Assembly: GCA_041672765.1 (NCBI GenBank)
Contig: JBAYZB010000002.1
Coordinates: 1-47,437, forward strand
Source of the DNA: Gammaproteobacteria bacterium
Lineage (GTDB): Bacteria > Pseudomonadota > Gammaproteobacteria > JBAYZB01
Direction of reading: 5' to 3'
Length of the DNA: 47,437 nucleotides
The notes beneath the pieces are model-generated. The model had not been told where the DNA came from and did not search any database. It saw nothing but the letters and a program-made list of their open reading frames with translations. This document shows, piece after piece, positions 38,019-47,437 of the stretch; position 1 is the stretch's first letter, and the number at the start of each line of letters is the position of its first letter. The translations under genes were made by a program, and so were the position numbers.

Positions 38019-38212
38019 GCGCTACTCCGAAAAATTTCGGCGACACTCTTGCCGTATAGTGTCAGCCTATAATTCAAGTCGATCGCTCTACATGAAAGGC
38101 TTGTGAATAAGTCTATGTCGTATGCAGGAATTGCGACAGAGCAACTGCGAGCGGGGGCAGGATGCCGGACCTGGTATCGCGGCGCTTTTGGAACCAGCCT
38201 GAGCCAGCAGCC

Positions 38213-39004
38213 TCAAGAAACGCGCCGCAGTGCCTCTTCCACGCGTACCAAGTCCGCTTCCGTATCGACCCCGATACCCGTCGGCTCGACCGCCTCCGTC
38301 ACATGAATCCGCACGCCCTGCCATAGGGCACGCAACTGCTCCAGCATTTCGGTCCGCTCCAGGACACACGCCGGAAAACTCTGGTACTCCTGAAGAAAAC
38401 GCACCCGATAAGCGTATAGCCCAATGTGCCGGAAGTACTCCGCGCCCACGGGAAGTTCGCTCGTGCCCCGGGCGAATGCCTCCCGGTCCCACGGAATGGG
38501 GGCGCGACTGAAATAGAGTGCGAAGCCGCGGGCATCCAGCGCCACCTTCACCACGTTTGGATCGAACAATTCCGTGGCCGATCCAATGCGGCTGCACAAG
38601 GTGGCGATGCCCGCTTCCTGATATTGCGCCAAGTCCGCGGCCACCTGGCGAATGAGCGCGGGCGGCATGAGCGGCTCATCGCCCTGCAAATTCACGACGA
38701 TGGCATCCGCCGGCCACGCCAGGGTCCGCGCGAGTTCGGCGAGGCGGTCCGTGCCGGACTGATGCTCGGGCGAGGTCATCAGCGCCCGCGCATCGAACCT
38801 AGCCGCAGCCTCGACGATGCGTGCGTCGTCCGTCGCGATCACCACCTCTTCCGCCCCGCTCTCCAGCGCCCGTTCATAGACATGCTGGATCATCGGCCGA
38901 CCGGCGATGTTTCGCAAAGGCTTGCCCGGCAGCCGCGTGGACGCGTAGCGAGCGGGAATGGCCACCTTGAAGCGCAGCGCATCGACCATCTGAATATCTC
39001 GCAT
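38213..39004 (-). CDS. kdsB: 3-deoxy-manno-octulosonate cytidylyltransferase
   Basis: [16 protein letters not shown] motif. The start is ambiguous: TTG 39016, ATG 39004 or ATG 38989. Confidence 0.92.
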   Translation of the reverse strand: MRDIQMVDALRFKVAIPARYASTRLPGKPLRNIAGRPMIQHVYERALESGAEEVVIATDDARIVEAAARFDARALMTSPEHQSGTDRLAELARTLAWPADAIVVNLQGDEPLMPPALIRQVAADLAQYQEAGIATLCSRIGSATELFDPNVVKVALDARGFALYFSRAPIPWDREAFARGTSELPVGAEYFRHIGLYAYRVRFLQEYQSFPACVLERTEMLEQLRALWQGVRIHVTEAVEPTGIGVDTEADLVRVEEALRRVS

Positions 39005-39022
39005 CAGCTCAGGCAAAGAGGA

Positions 39023-39202
39023 TCAGACTTCCTCATCGCTGGCGAGCTGGCGCGCCTCCTGCTCCAGCATCACCGGAATATCGTCGCGGATCGGGTAAGC
39101 CAGCCTGTCCGCCTTGCAGATCAGTTCCTGCGCCGCCTTCTTGTACACGAGTGGCCCCTTGCAGATCGGACAGACCAGGATGTCCAGCAGTTTCTTATCC
39201 AT
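39023..39202 (-). CDS. ycaR: Trm112/YcaR family (UPF0434) small zinc-ribbon protein
   Basis: [20 protein letters not shown]..., 59 aa. The start overlaps the lpxK stop by 8 nt. Confidence 0.85.
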   Translation of the reverse strand: MDKKLLDILVCPICKGPLVYKKAAQELICKADRLAYPIRDDIPVMLEQEARQLASDEEV

Positions 39203-40184
39203 GCGCTCTCCTCTTGAGCAGGTTGAGTAGCCGTTCACCGAAACGCTCATCCAGCCGCGCTTCCACGGGCACATACCAATAATGGGCCTGGGCGAAGCGA
39301 TGGCATTTTACCGCGTCCTTTTCCGTCATCAGGAGCGGGCGGGCATCGCCGAAATCCAGATCCTGCGGCTGGTACGCATGGTGATCCGGGAAGGGGTGCT
39401 CCGTGATCTGCAGTCCCAGCGCACGCAGGCGTGAAAAAAATCGCGCAGGATTGCCGATGCCCGCCACCGCGTGCACTTCGCTGAAGGCCGCCACAGGCTG
39501 CACGGTCCCCGCATCGGCGAGGTTGCGAGCATCCTGTTCAACCAGCCGCATGGCATACTGCCCGCCCTCGGCATCACCGCCGTTGACGACGATGAAGTCC
39601 ACGCTGCGCAAACGCCCACGGGGTTCACGCAAAGGGCCGGCCGGCAGGCAACGTCCATTGCCGAGCCGCCGGGCACCGTCGATCACCGCGATCTCGATGT
39701 CGCGCCCGAGCCGGTAATGCTGCAAGCCGTCGTCGGAAATGATGACATCGCAGGGATAGCGCTCCAGCAGGGCACGTGCCGCAGCGGCGCGATCAGGACC
39801 GACCATGACGGGACACTCACTATGCTGCGCCAACAGCACCGCCTCGTCACCCACCAGGGCCGGGTCGCTGCCGGCATCCACCGCTTGGGGCCAGACGGTT
39901 GCGTTGCCCCGATAGCCGCGGCTGATGATCCCCGGCGTGTAGCCCGCCTGCTTCAGAAACCGCACCAGCCAGGCGACCAGGGGCGTCTTGCCGGTCCCGC
40001 CCACCGTGATGTTCCCCACCACGATCACCGGTACCGACAGCCGACAGACGGGCCGCAGACCAAGCCGATACGCCTTGCGCCGCAGCACCGCGACCAGGCA
40101 GTAAAGCCATCCCAGCGGGGCCAGAGCGAGGCTGAGCGGGCTACGGCCATACCAGTGTTCGTCCAGCCGCTTCGCCACTTGCAT
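39195..40184 (-). CDS. lpxK: Tetraacyldisaccharide 4'-kinase
   Basis: P-loop [15 protein letters not shown] prefer the ATG at 40184; an alternative GTG at 40220 lies 3 nt after the exbD stop. Confidence 0.92.
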   Translation of the reverse strand: MQVAKRLDEHWYGRSPLSLALAPLGWLYCLVAVLRRKAYRLGLRPVCRLSVPVIVVGNITVGGTGKTPLVAWLVRFLKQAGYTPGIISRGYRGNATVWPQAVDAGSDPALVGDEAVLLAQHSECPVMVGPDRAAAARALLERYPCDVIISDDGLQHYRLGRDIEIAVIDGARRLGNGRCLPAGPLREPRGRLRSVDFIVVNGGDAEGGQYAMRLVEQDARNLADAGTVQPVAAFSEVHAVAGIGNPARFFSRLRALGLQITEHPFPDHHAYQPQDLDFGDARPLLMTEKDAVKCHRFAQAHYWYVPVEARLDERFGERLLNLLKRRAHG

Positions 40185-40223
40185 CTCCCCGCCAGAACAA
40201 CCGCCGGCCGTCCGCTTCACACC

Positions 40224-40646
40224 CTACTTGTTGTCAGGCGAGTGTTGAGTCGCGATGGAGAGATGAACAAATCCCGCCTGACCGGCCGCATCCATCGCGG
40301 TGACCACCGCCTGATGCGGCGTCTTCGCGTCCGCACTGATGATGAGCGGCAGATCGGTCCGCCCCTGCGCGACCGATTCGACCGCGCGCTTGAGAGTATC
40401 GACCCGGTTGTTGACCAGAGGCTTGCCGTTGACCATGTAGCTGCCCTGCGGCGTGATCCCGATCTCGATGGCCTGCGCGGGCGGCTCGCCCGGTGTGGCG
40501 CTCGCTTCGGGCAATTGGATCTTGAACTCCGCCTGCCGGTCGAACGTGGTGGTCAGCATGAAGAACACCAGCAGGACGAGAACCGTATCGACCAGCGGGA
40601 TCAGGCTTACCTCGGGTTCTTCACTACGGCGCGGACGGAAGTTCAC
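40224..40646 (-). CDS. exbD: ExbD/TolR-family biopolymer transport protein
   Basis: 140 aa with a single TM segment carrying the conserved Asp (SLIPLVDTVLVLLVFF). The GTG start overlaps the exbB stop (GTGA). Confidence 0.88.
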   Translation of the reverse strand: MNFRPRRSEEPEVSLIPLVDTVLVLLVFFMLTTTFDRQAEFKIQLPEASATPGEPPAQAIEIGITPQGSYMVNGKPLVNNRVDTLKRAVESVAQGRTDLPLIISADAKTPHQAVVTAMDAAGQAGFVHLSIATQHSPDNK

Positions 40647-41278
40647 GACGTCGTTTCTCCGGCCGCGTCGCGCACCCGCTGCCCGTGCAGGACTTCAACC
40701 ATCTTGATGGCTTCCTGCTCCATGCTCACCACCAATTCGTCGACACGCCCGCGGAAGTAGCGGTAAAACATCAACGCCGGAATCGCCACGATCAGACCCG
40801 CCGCCGTGGTGATGAGGGCCTCGGAAATGCCGCCTGCCAACATCGCCGGATTGCCAACGCCGTGGGTGGTCATGACACCGAATACCTCGATCAGCCCGGT
40901 TATGGTGCCGAGGAGCCCCAGCAGAGGCGATATGGCGGCAATCGTGCCCAGAGTATTCAGGTAACGCTCCAGTTCGTGCACCACGTGCCGCCCGGTCTCC
41001 TCGATGCTCTCCTTCATGACCTCGCGACTGTGATGCATGTTCACCAGCCCTGCCGCAAGGATTCGTCCGAGGGGCGAACCCGTACGCAGTGCGGTGATGC
41101 GTGCATTGTCCATCTGGTTGTTTTTGACCCACTGGTACACCTGGGCAACCAGGTGCTGCGGCAGAACGCGCCGACGCTGAAGCGTCCAGAAGCGCTCGCC
41201 GATGATCGCCAGCGCGACGATAGAAGCGGCGATGATAGGCACCATCAGCCAGCCGCCAGCCTTGGCTATTTCAAACAT
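40643..41278 (-). CDS. exbB: MotA/TolQ/ExbB proton-channel family protein
   Basis: 211 aa with 3 TM segments and the C-terminal channel motif GGISEALITTAAGLIVAIPALMFY. Confidence 0.88.
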   Translation of the reverse strand: MFEIAKAGGWLMVPIIAASIVALAIIGERFWTLQRRRVLPQHLVAQVYQWVKNNQMDNARITALRTGSPLGRILAAGLVNMHHSREVMKESIEETGRHVVHELERYLNTLGTIAAISPLLGLLGTITGLIEVFGVMTTHGVGNPAMLAGGISEALITTAAGLIVAIPALMFYRYFRGRVDELVVSMEQEAIKMVEVLHGQRVRDAAGETTS

Positions 41279-41390
41279 TGCACCAACCTAATCAAGGAAA
41301 TTCGTCTTCGGGAAACCCGCCGGTCCCACGCATGTCAGCCCGGAATGATACTGGATTTCGGCGCCTTGTCGAGGCACGCGTTTCGCCATT

Positions 41391-43685
41391 TCAGGGCGTG
41401 TGCCAATAGCGGCGCGCCGTCTGTCGATACCGCTCCAAGGACTGAATCCCGGCAACGGGGTCCAGGCGAAACAGGATCGCGCCATCCCGCGCCGTATTCA
41501 GGATGGCAGCACCGGCCGCCTCATAGCGGGCCGTCACCTCGGGATGCGGAAAATGGAACGGATTGCGATAGCCCGTGGCTGCCAGGGCATAGCGCGGCCG
41601 CGCCGCCGCCACGAATGCGGGGGTGGACGACGTTTTGCTGCCATGATGCGGTATTATCACTGCTTCCGCCGCAAGCTCATCGCCGTGTTCGCTTACCAGT
41701 CGAGCTTCGGCGCCCCGCTCGATATCTCCCGTAAGCAACAGGCTGAAATTCCCCGCGCTGATCCGCAGGACACAGGTACGGTCATTGCCCACAGAAGCCC
41801 CGTGCGCTGCCGGATGCAGCACCCGAAACTCCACCCCGTCCCAGCGCCAGGACTGACCGTCGTGACAGGCAGCCGCGCCAGGAAACAGCCGGGCCGCATG
41901 TTCTGGCTCACCCGCCAGCACCCGCTCCGTGGGAATCTGCGCCAGCACCGCGGCGGCACCGCCACTGTGATCGTTGTCGGAATGGCTGAGTACCAGGGTG
42001 TCGATGCGCCTCACCCCGACGTGGCGCAGGTAGGGAACCACCACCGCTGCGCCGGTATCCAGGGCATTGAAGCGCGGGCCGGCATCGTACACCAACACAT
42101 GGTTCTGGGTGCGCACCACCGCCGCCAGCCCCTGCCCGACGTCCAGCAGCGTAAACCAGACCGTCCCTTCCGCCGGCCTTGCGGGGGATACGAGCACGAC
42201 GGGCAGGACGTAGACCACCGCCAGCCAGCGTCCCGGAAAACCGCGTGGCGCGAGCAGGAGCAATATCCCGATCCCCGCTGCGGCCAGTGTCCATGCCGCG
42301 GGCGTGTGCTGGGTCCACTGTGCATGCGGCAGTGCCAACAGCCACTCGAAGAACGGCCAGAGCGGCGCGGCGGTCATGTCGGCTACCTGAAGCAGCCACT
42401 GTCCGATGGGCGGAACGAGGACGACCATGGCGGTCCCGAGCAGCGTCAGGGGCGTGACTACGAAACTTACCCAGGGGATCGCGACGAGATTCGCCAGCGG
42501 TGAAACCAGCGGCACGTACCGAAAGAACAGGAGCAGGATCGGCGCAAGTCCCACGGTCACCAGCCATTGCAGGCGGCCCCACTTCCACCAGATTCCCCCG
42601 GGCGCGATTCTCCCGACCACGCTCAGCAGGATGACGGCCACGGCGCCGAAGGAGAGCCAGAAACCGACCGCAAGCACCGCAGTCGGATCGAACACCAGGA
42701 CCAGCAGCAGGGCCAGCGCCAACGCCCGCCCGGGCGTGCTGTTGCGGCCCAGCAGCAGTCCGGACATGGCCGTGATGACCATGATGAGCGCCCGCTGGGT
42801 CGGAATGGCAAAACCTGCCAAAGCCGCATACATGGCCGCCGCCAGGATCGCCGCCAGCGCCGCCGCCTTGGGGGCCGGCCAGCGCAATGCCGCCCGTCCG
42901 GCCCATGCCCAGGCTTGGCGAACAGCGAAAAACGCCATCCCTGCCACCAGCGTGATGTGCAGGCCGGATATCGCCACCAGATGGTTGGTGCCGGTGCCCG
43001 TCAGCAGATCCCATTGGCGCTCTTCGATACCGCGCGATTCACCGATGGCCAGGGCCACGAGAATTCCGGTGTTGGGCCCACCGCCGGTCGCCTCCCAGAT
43101 CGCGTCCCGGAGCCGATGGCGCATGGCCTGCAGGTCGAGCGGATGTGCCGCCGCAAGGCGCCGGTTGTCGGCCGCCGCGCGCACGTACCCTGTGGCCCGG
43201 ATCCCGCGCTGCAACAACCAGCCTTCGTAATCGAACCCGCCGGGATTCATGAAGCCGCGGGGCTGTTTCAGCCGCACCTTGAGGCGCCACGTCTCCCCTG
43301 CCCTCAGCGCCGGGGCCTCCCGATACCAGGTAAGGCGTACGCGGCTCGGCGGAGAGACTTCCACGCCATCGTCCAACAGCCTTGCGACATCCAGCTCGAA
43401 ACGCAGGCCCTCGCCCACGGCCTGTGGAATCGACGCCACGCGCCCTTCCACGATCACGTCCTTTCCCTCCAGCGCAGGCGTCAACCCGCCGGACAGGGCA
43501 TATCCACCATATAGCGCTGCCCACAGAAATCCACAGACGGCCCACGCCGGGAGACGCAGGATCGGGTAACGCCACGCCAGCGGCAGGAGGAGCACCGGTA
43601 GCAGGCTCCAATAGGGGTTAGGGAGTTCCGGCTGATGTTGGAGTACAATGACCCCAAACAGAAAGGCGATCGTCCCTGCGTACAT
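41391..43685 (-). CDS. comEC: DNA internalisation-related competence protein ComEC/Rec2
   Basis: A polytopic membrane core is followed by a C-terminal metallo-beta-lactamase domain (LVLSHSDNDHSGG). I prefer the Met at 43685, because the track start at 43865 would overlap the divergent DUF2062 gene. Confidence 0.88.
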   Translation of the reverse strand: MYAGTIAFLFGVIVLQHQPELPNPYWSLLPVLLLPLAWRYPILRLPAWAVCGFLWAALYGGYALSGGLTPALEGKDVIVEGRVASIPQAVGEGLRFELDVARLLDDGVEVSPPSRVRLTWYREAPALRAGETWRLKVRLKQPRGFMNPGGFDYEGWLLQRGIRATGYVRAAADNRRLAAAHPLDLQAMRHRLRDAIWEATGGGPNTGILVALAIGESRGIEERQWDLLTGTGTNHLVAISGLHITLVAGMAFFAVRQAWAWAGRAALRWPAPKAAALAAILAAAMYAALAGFAIPTQRALIMVITAMSGLLLGRNSTPGRALALALLLVLVFDPTAVLAVGFWLSFGAVAVILLSVVGRIAPGGIWWKWGRLQWLVTVGLAPILLLFFRYVPLVSPLANLVAIPWVSFVVTPLTLLGTAMVVLVPPIGQWLLQVADMTAAPLWPFFEWLLALPHAQWTQHTPAAWTLAAAGIGILLLLAPRGFPGRWLAVVYVLPVVLVSPARPAEGTVWFTLLDVGQGLAAVVRTQNHVLVYDAGPRFNALDTGAAVVVPYLRHVGVRRIDTLVLSHSDNDHSGGAAAVLAQIPTERVLAGEPEHAARLFPGAAACHDGQSWRWDGVEFRVLHPAAHGASVGNDRTCVLRISAGNFSLLLTGDIERGAEARLVSEHGDELAAEAVIIPHHGSKTSSTPAFVAAARPRYALAATGYRNPFHFPHPEVTARYEAAGAAILNTARDGAILFRLDPVAGIQSLERYRQTARRYWHTP

Positions 43686-43845
43686 ATGTCCTTGCGACAA
43701 AACTGGGGGATTTGCCTTACGCAGCGTGTAGAATAATACATTGGAGCCCGGCAAATCGACCAGCCGATCCGAGTCCGAGAAACGACAGAAAAGAGACTGT
43801 GCGGCGTGGCTGGAATCGCCTCGAGCGTGAAAGGTATCGTCGTTT

Positions 43846-44391
43846 ATGCCGAAAAAACTGATCAAGCGCTACATGCCGGATCATCAGAAGATCCGTGAGC
43901 ACAAATCTCTGCGATTTCTCGGGCGGCTCATCCATAACCCGCGCCTGTGGCATTTCAACCGGCGCTCGGTGTCGGGCGCGTTCGCGGTGGGACTGTTCGC
44001 GGCGTTCATTCCCTTGCCCTCTCAGATGGCGATCGCCGCGGCGGCGGCCATTCCCTTCCGGGTCAATCTGCCCATCTCGGTTGCGCTCGTATGGGTTACC
44101 AACCCTATCACCATGCCGCCAATTTATTACGCTCTGTATCGGCTGGGAGCCTGGGTACTGGGCTCCCCGGTAGCGCATGTCCCGTTCGAGGCCTCCGCCC
44201 AATGGGTCATTGCCGAGATGGCGACGATCTGGAAACCGTTTCTGGTTGGTTCGCTCATCGCCGGCGTGACCTGTTCCGCGCTGGGGTATTTTCTGGTGAG
44301 CACGCTCTGGCGTCTGTCCGTGGCGCGTCAGGCACGCAACAAAAAGAAGAAGCGGCAACAGGGTGTTGCCACTGAAATACAGGAGAGTTAA
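43846..44391 (+). CDS. DUF2062 domain membrane protein
   Basis: The N-terminus is MPKKLIKRYMPDHQKIREHKSLRFLG...NRRSVSGAFAVGLFAAFIPLP, followed by VTNPITMPPIYY. This is typical of DUF2062, recalled from memory. Confidence 0.7.
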   Translation: MPKKLIKRYMPDHQKIREHKSLRFLGRLIHNPRLWHFNRRSVSGAFAVGLFAAFIPLPSQMAIAAAAAIPFRVNLPISVALVWVTNPITMPPIYYALYRLGAWVLGSPVAHVPFEASAQWVIAEMATIWKPFLVGSLIAGVTCSALGYFLVSTLWRLSVARQARNKKKKRQQGVATEIQES

Positions 44392-44451
44392 CCCCGTCCA
44401 CGGGGACCGAAATGGCGCACCGGACAGCCTCTCTCCCCATGTGATAGCTCC

Positions 44452-45198
44452 CTATCCGCCCACTTGGCGCAACGTGCCCTCCTCCAGCGCCAGGATCCGA
44501 TGCATGCGGCCTGCCAGGCCGGGATCATGCGTTACCACGACCAAACTCGTGCCAAACTCTCGATTCAGCTCGAGCATCAGGCCGTAGACCTGTTCCGCCG
44601 TCTTGTGATCCAGGTTCCCGGTCGGTTCGTCCGCCAGGACACACTTGGGCCGCGTCACCAGAGCGCGCGCCACCGCGGCGCGCTGGCGCTCCCCGCCGGA
44701 AAGCTTGCCTGGCTTGTGGTTCAGGCGCTTGCCCAGGCCCACCGCCTCCAGCACCACCCGCGCCCGTTCCGCCGCCTCCGCCGGATTGGTTCCGCGAATG
44801 AGCAACGGCATGGCGACATTTTCCAGCGCAGTGAATTCCGGTAGCAGGTGATGGAACTGGTAAACAAACCCCAACGCCTCGTTGCGCAGCCGCCCGCGTT
44901 GCGCCTCGCCAAGGCGTGCCATGTTGATGCCGGTGACGTAAACCTCTCCCCGCGTAGGGACATCCAGCCCGCCAAGGAGATGCAACAGGGTGCTCTTTCC
45001 AGAACCGGAGGCGCCGACAATGGCCACCTGCTCCCCCGGCCCTACGGCGAGATTGACGTCCGTCAGCACGTCCACGTCGACCCCGCCTTCGGAAAACCGC
45101 TTGGCCAGGTGAACACACCCGAGCACGGCCTGGCTCGCGGATTCCGCGGCGAAGGGCTGCGTCTCGGTCTGGTGCATTGCGAGAATCTCAGAGGCCAT
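44452..45198 (-). CDS. lolD: Lipoprotein-releasing ABC transporter ATP-binding protein LolD
   Basis: Walker A is GASGSGKST, the ABC signature is LSGGERQR and Walker B is [10 protein letters not shown]. The ATG at 45198 has a GGGAG RBS; a GTG at 45246 is the alternative. Confidence 0.9.
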   Translation of the reverse strand: MASEILAMHQTETQPFAAESASQAVLGCVHLAKRFSEGGVDVDVLTDVNLAVGPGEQVAIVGASGSGKSTLLHLLGGLDVPTRGEVYVTGINMARLGEAQRGRLRNEALGFVYQFHHLLPEFTALENVAMPLLIRGTNPAEAAERARVVLEAVGLGKRLNHKPGKLSGGERQRAAVARALVTRPKCVLADEPTGNLDHKTAEQVYGLMLELNREFGTSLVVVTHDPGLAGRMHRILALEEGTLRQVGG

Positions 45199-45257
45199 CG
45201 CTGCTCCCGTTGCTGTCCAATGGATACCGTGTTCCGGCCCTTGCACCGCCGTCTCGC

Positions 45258-46505
45258 CTATTCATAGCGCAACGCCTCCGCCGGCTGGGTCCTGGAGGCG
45301 CGCCACGCCGGATAAAGGGTGGCCAGCACGGTCAGCATGAACGCGACGCCCGAAATCCGCGCAACGTCCTCCCAATGCAGGTCGGACGGCAACTCACTGA
45401 TGTAATAGACATCGCCCGGCAGGAACTGGATCTCGAACATACGCTCGATGGCGGGAACGATGGTCTCCACGTTCAGGGCGAGTGCAACGCCTCCGACAAT
45501 GCCCAGCAAAGTCCCCACCAGGCCGATGACGGTACCCTGGACGATGAAGATGCCCATGATGCTGCGCGGGCTCGCTCCGAGGGTGCGCAGGATGGCGATA
45601 TCGGCCTGCTTGTCCGTCACGACCATTACCAGGGTCGACACGATGTTGAACGCCGCAACGGCGACGATCAGCATCAGGATGATGAACATTGCGGTCTTCT
45701 CCGTCTTCACGGCCCGGAAGAAGTTGGCGTGCTGCTTGGTCCAGTTGCTGATGTAATTGGCCGGGGGAAGCGTTGCCGCGAGCTCCCGGGTAATCTGCGG
45801 CGCCAGGAACATGTCGTCCAGTTTGAGCCGCACGCCGCTTACCATGGCGTCGAGCATGAGCAGTTTCGCAGCGTCGTCCAGGTGCAGCAGCGCCACGCCG
45901 CGGTCGTACTCGTACATCCCCACCTCGAAAATCCCCACCACGGTAAAGCGCTTCAGACGCGGCAGGATGCCCGCAGGCGTCACGTTGGCCTGGGGCGTCA
46001 CCACCGTCACCTTGTCGCCCACATTGGCGCCAAGCATCCACGCCAACTCCTTGCCGAGGATGATCCCGAACTCGCCCGGCACCAGATCCTGCAGGCTCCC
46101 CCGCGTCATTTTCTCTCCCACCTCGGACACGGCCGGCTCCGCGTCCGGCAAAACCCCGCGCAGCATTGCGCCACTGACCAGCCGTCCCGACGAGAGCATG
46201 GCCTCACCCTCGATATAAGGCGCAATGCCCACCACATGCGAGTATCCGCGCACGGTCTCGACCACCTCCTGCCAGTTCTGCAGCCGCCCGTGAGCGCCGG
46301 ATATCGTGACATGCGAGGCCATGCCAAGGATGCGCTCCCGCAACTCCTTCTCGAAGCCGTTCATGACCGACAGGACGGTAATCAGCGCGGTGATGCCCAG
46401 CATGATGCCGAGCATGGAGATCAGGGAGATGAAAGAAATGAAATGATTGCGCCGCTTGGCGCGGGTATAGCGCAGACCGATGAAGAATTCGAGGGGATTG
46501 AACAT
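45258..46505 (-). CDS. lolC: Lipoprotein-releasing system transmembrane permease (LolC/LolE family)
   Basis: [28 protein letters not shown]-terminus, MacB-like periplasmic domain, FtsX C-terminal. The start is the Met at 46505 (MFNPLEFF...). Confidence 0.9.
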   Translation of the reverse strand: MFNPLEFFIGLRYTRAKRRNHFISFISLISMLGIMLGITALITVLSVMNGFEKELRERILGMASHVTISGAHGRLQNWQEVVETVRGYSHVVGIAPYIEGEAMLSSGRLVSGAMLRGVLPDAEPAVSEVGEKMTRGSLQDLVPGEFGIILGKELAWMLGANVGDKVTVVTPQANVTPAGILPRLKRFTVVGIFEVGMYEYDRGVALLHLDDAAKLLMLDAMVSGVRLKLDDMFLAPQITRELAATLPPANYISNWTKQHANFFRAVKTEKTAMFIILMLIVAVAAFNIVSTLVMVVTDKQADIAILRTLGASPRSIMGIFIVQGTVIGLVGTLLGIVGGVALALNVETIVPAIERMFEIQFLPGDVYYISELPSDLHWEDVARISGVAFMLTVLATLYPAWRASRTQPAEALRYE

Positions 46506-46868
46506 GTCGTTTTGTATTAGACCATATTCCGGGTACGAGGGCCGCTGCTGTCTTGAACGGTTGCCGGGGACCAGGCTTTCGGCAATGGACGGGAAACGGG
46601 ACGGGCTGGATCCAACCGCTACCGCGGACAGCGACGCTCGCGGGACGATATCCCGCGGCTCGGCTGCCGGGACCATGTGTCACATTTGCGAACCGGCGCA
46701 AATCACCGTGGGCGCCACCGCCCCATCATAGTAACCTCCGGTTCACCCGCGCGGCCGACACGGACCGAAAGTGCCAAATCCCGGTTCTGTCAAGGCCTTA
46801 CCGGGCAGAGGCCGGTATTATATAGTGTTACGGCATCCGTCCCCAGAAAAATATTCAGGAGTACAACC

Positions 46869-47171
46869 ATGGACATGCTGCGCCAATGCCTGCTTGCCGC
46901 CTTATTGCTGCTGCCCCTTTCCAATACCGCCCTGGCCGACACCCTGTTGATCGACAGCGCGGCCCAGGCGCTTACCGCCGGAATCGCTCTGCCCGCCCGC
47001 GGCATGACCATGCAACAGATCGAACAGAAATTCGGGGCGCCGCGCGAAAAAGCCGCCCCGGTGGGCGACCCGCCCATCAGCCGCTGGGTATACCCGGAGT
47101 ACACGGTCTATTTCGAACACCAATACGTGCTTCACGCAGTGTTGCACCGGGACGGCGAGACGGCACAGTGA
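46869..47171 (+). CDS. Small secreted hypothetical protein (possibly BamE/SmpA-OmlA-like fold)
   Basis: The ATG at 46869 has a CAGGAG RBS. The signal peptide is MDMLRQCLLAALLLLPLSNTALA, cleaved before DT. GMTMQQIEQKFGAP and WVYPEYTVYFE resemble BamE-type domains. There is no lipobox Cys. Confidence 0.55.
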   Translation: MDMLRQCLLAALLLLPLSNTALADTLLIDSAAQALTAGIALPARGMTMQQIEQKFGAPREKAAPVGDPPISRWVYPEYTVYFEHQYVLHAVLHRDGETAQ

Positions 47172-47216
47172 ACCGGCATAAGCCCGCTCCTGCATGCTGA
47201 GGTTCCTGTGACCTTT

Positions 47217-47437
47217 ATGATCGATAATGCCCAACCCTTTCTCCCCCCCGAGTGGTCGCCCCAGAGTGCGGTGATGCTGACGTGGCCGCATGAGGAAAGC
47301 GATTGGCAACCTTGGCTGAACCTGGTGGAGCCGGTTTTTGTGGAGATTGCGCGTCAGGTCAGCCGACGCGAACGGGTCCTGATCACCTGCCGCAGCGAGG
47401 CGCACCGGCGCCACGTCGCCGGCCTGTTGCGACAGGC
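47217..47437 (+). CDS. Agmatine deiminase family protein (N-terminal fragment, runs off the window)
   Basis: My own translation gives MIDNAQPFLPPEWSPQSAVMLTWPHEESDWQPWLNLVEPVFVEIARQVS... The PxEW...W.TWPH...DW pattern is typical of agmatine deiminase / Porphyromonas-type PAD enzymes. A GTG at 47208 is an alternative start. Confidence 0.6.
   Translation, partial: MIDNAQPFLPPEWSPQSAVMLTWPHEESDWQPWLNLVEPVFVEIARQVSRRERVLITCRSEAHRRHVAGLLRQ

Noticed and set aside
38068-38073. Perfect TATAAT hexamer on the plus strand in the kdsB-ptp spacer.
   Set aside because: There is no acceptable -35 at 16-18 bp and no plus-strand gene downstream. It is probably just AT-rich promoter DNA for the minus-strand ptp gene.
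43686-43865. N-terminal extensions offered by the ORF track: comEC to 43865, lolC to 46676, rluC to 34128, HAD to 33170, the secreted protein from 46677, acpP to 22225 and fabD to 24127.
   Set aside because: The extensions overlap divergent genes or spacers and lack RBSs. They also precede internal Met codons that align with canonical family N-termini.
1-47437. Searched for mobile elements, prophage, toxin-antitoxin pairs, restriction-modification or other defence genes, CRISPR repeats, and rRNA/tRNA genes.
   Set aside because: None is recognisable. Every ORF longer than 100 aa with coding-like composition is assigned to a housekeeping, transport or signalling family. No regularly spaced direct repeats were seen.

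Overview
GC-rich (about 60-65% G+C by eye) proteobacterial chromosome segment, probably gammaproteobacterial. Species cannot be assigned from sequence alone. It is almost fully coding, with about 49 protein genes. I saw no rRNA, tRNA, CRISPR array, transposase, integrase or phage/defence-type gene.

Left third (1-15.4 kb), lineage-variable:
- a 6-gene group-2 Mrp/Pha Na+/H+ antiporter operon (5' end cut by the window edge);
- a convergent NarL/LuxR-type two-component pair;
- DUF4112;
- dgkA, an AsmA-family gene and a class-V PLP enzyme;
- a tandem-cNMP-binding/rhodanese fusion;
- a convergent GAF/HD-GYP phosphodiesterase.

Right two thirds (15.4-47.4 kb), housekeeping block. From memory its order matches E. 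coli and especially Pseudomonas:
- tatD-pilZ-holB-tmk-mltG-pabC-fabF-acpP-fabG-fabD-fabH-plsX-rpmF-yceD | (pycA-pycB)-maf | sppA-HAD-rluC | rne | ptp-kdsB-ycaR-lpxK-exbD-exbB-comEC | DUF2062 | lolD-lolC/E | small secreted protein, agmatine-deiminase-family fragment.

I do not see an obvious multi-gene novel system such as a defence island. The best candidates for follow-up are:
1. the cNMP/rhodanese gene with a striking double palindrome operator, plus the adjacent HD-GYP gene;
2. a two-subunit pyruvate carboxylase wedged into the otherwise conserved yceD|maf junction, with a palindromic leader;
3. a TonB-less ExbBD motor translationally coupled to lipid A/Kdo genes;
4. a single-permease Lol system;
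5. an unassigned 475-bp spacer.

Many long antisense ORFs in the track are GC-driven shadow ORFs.
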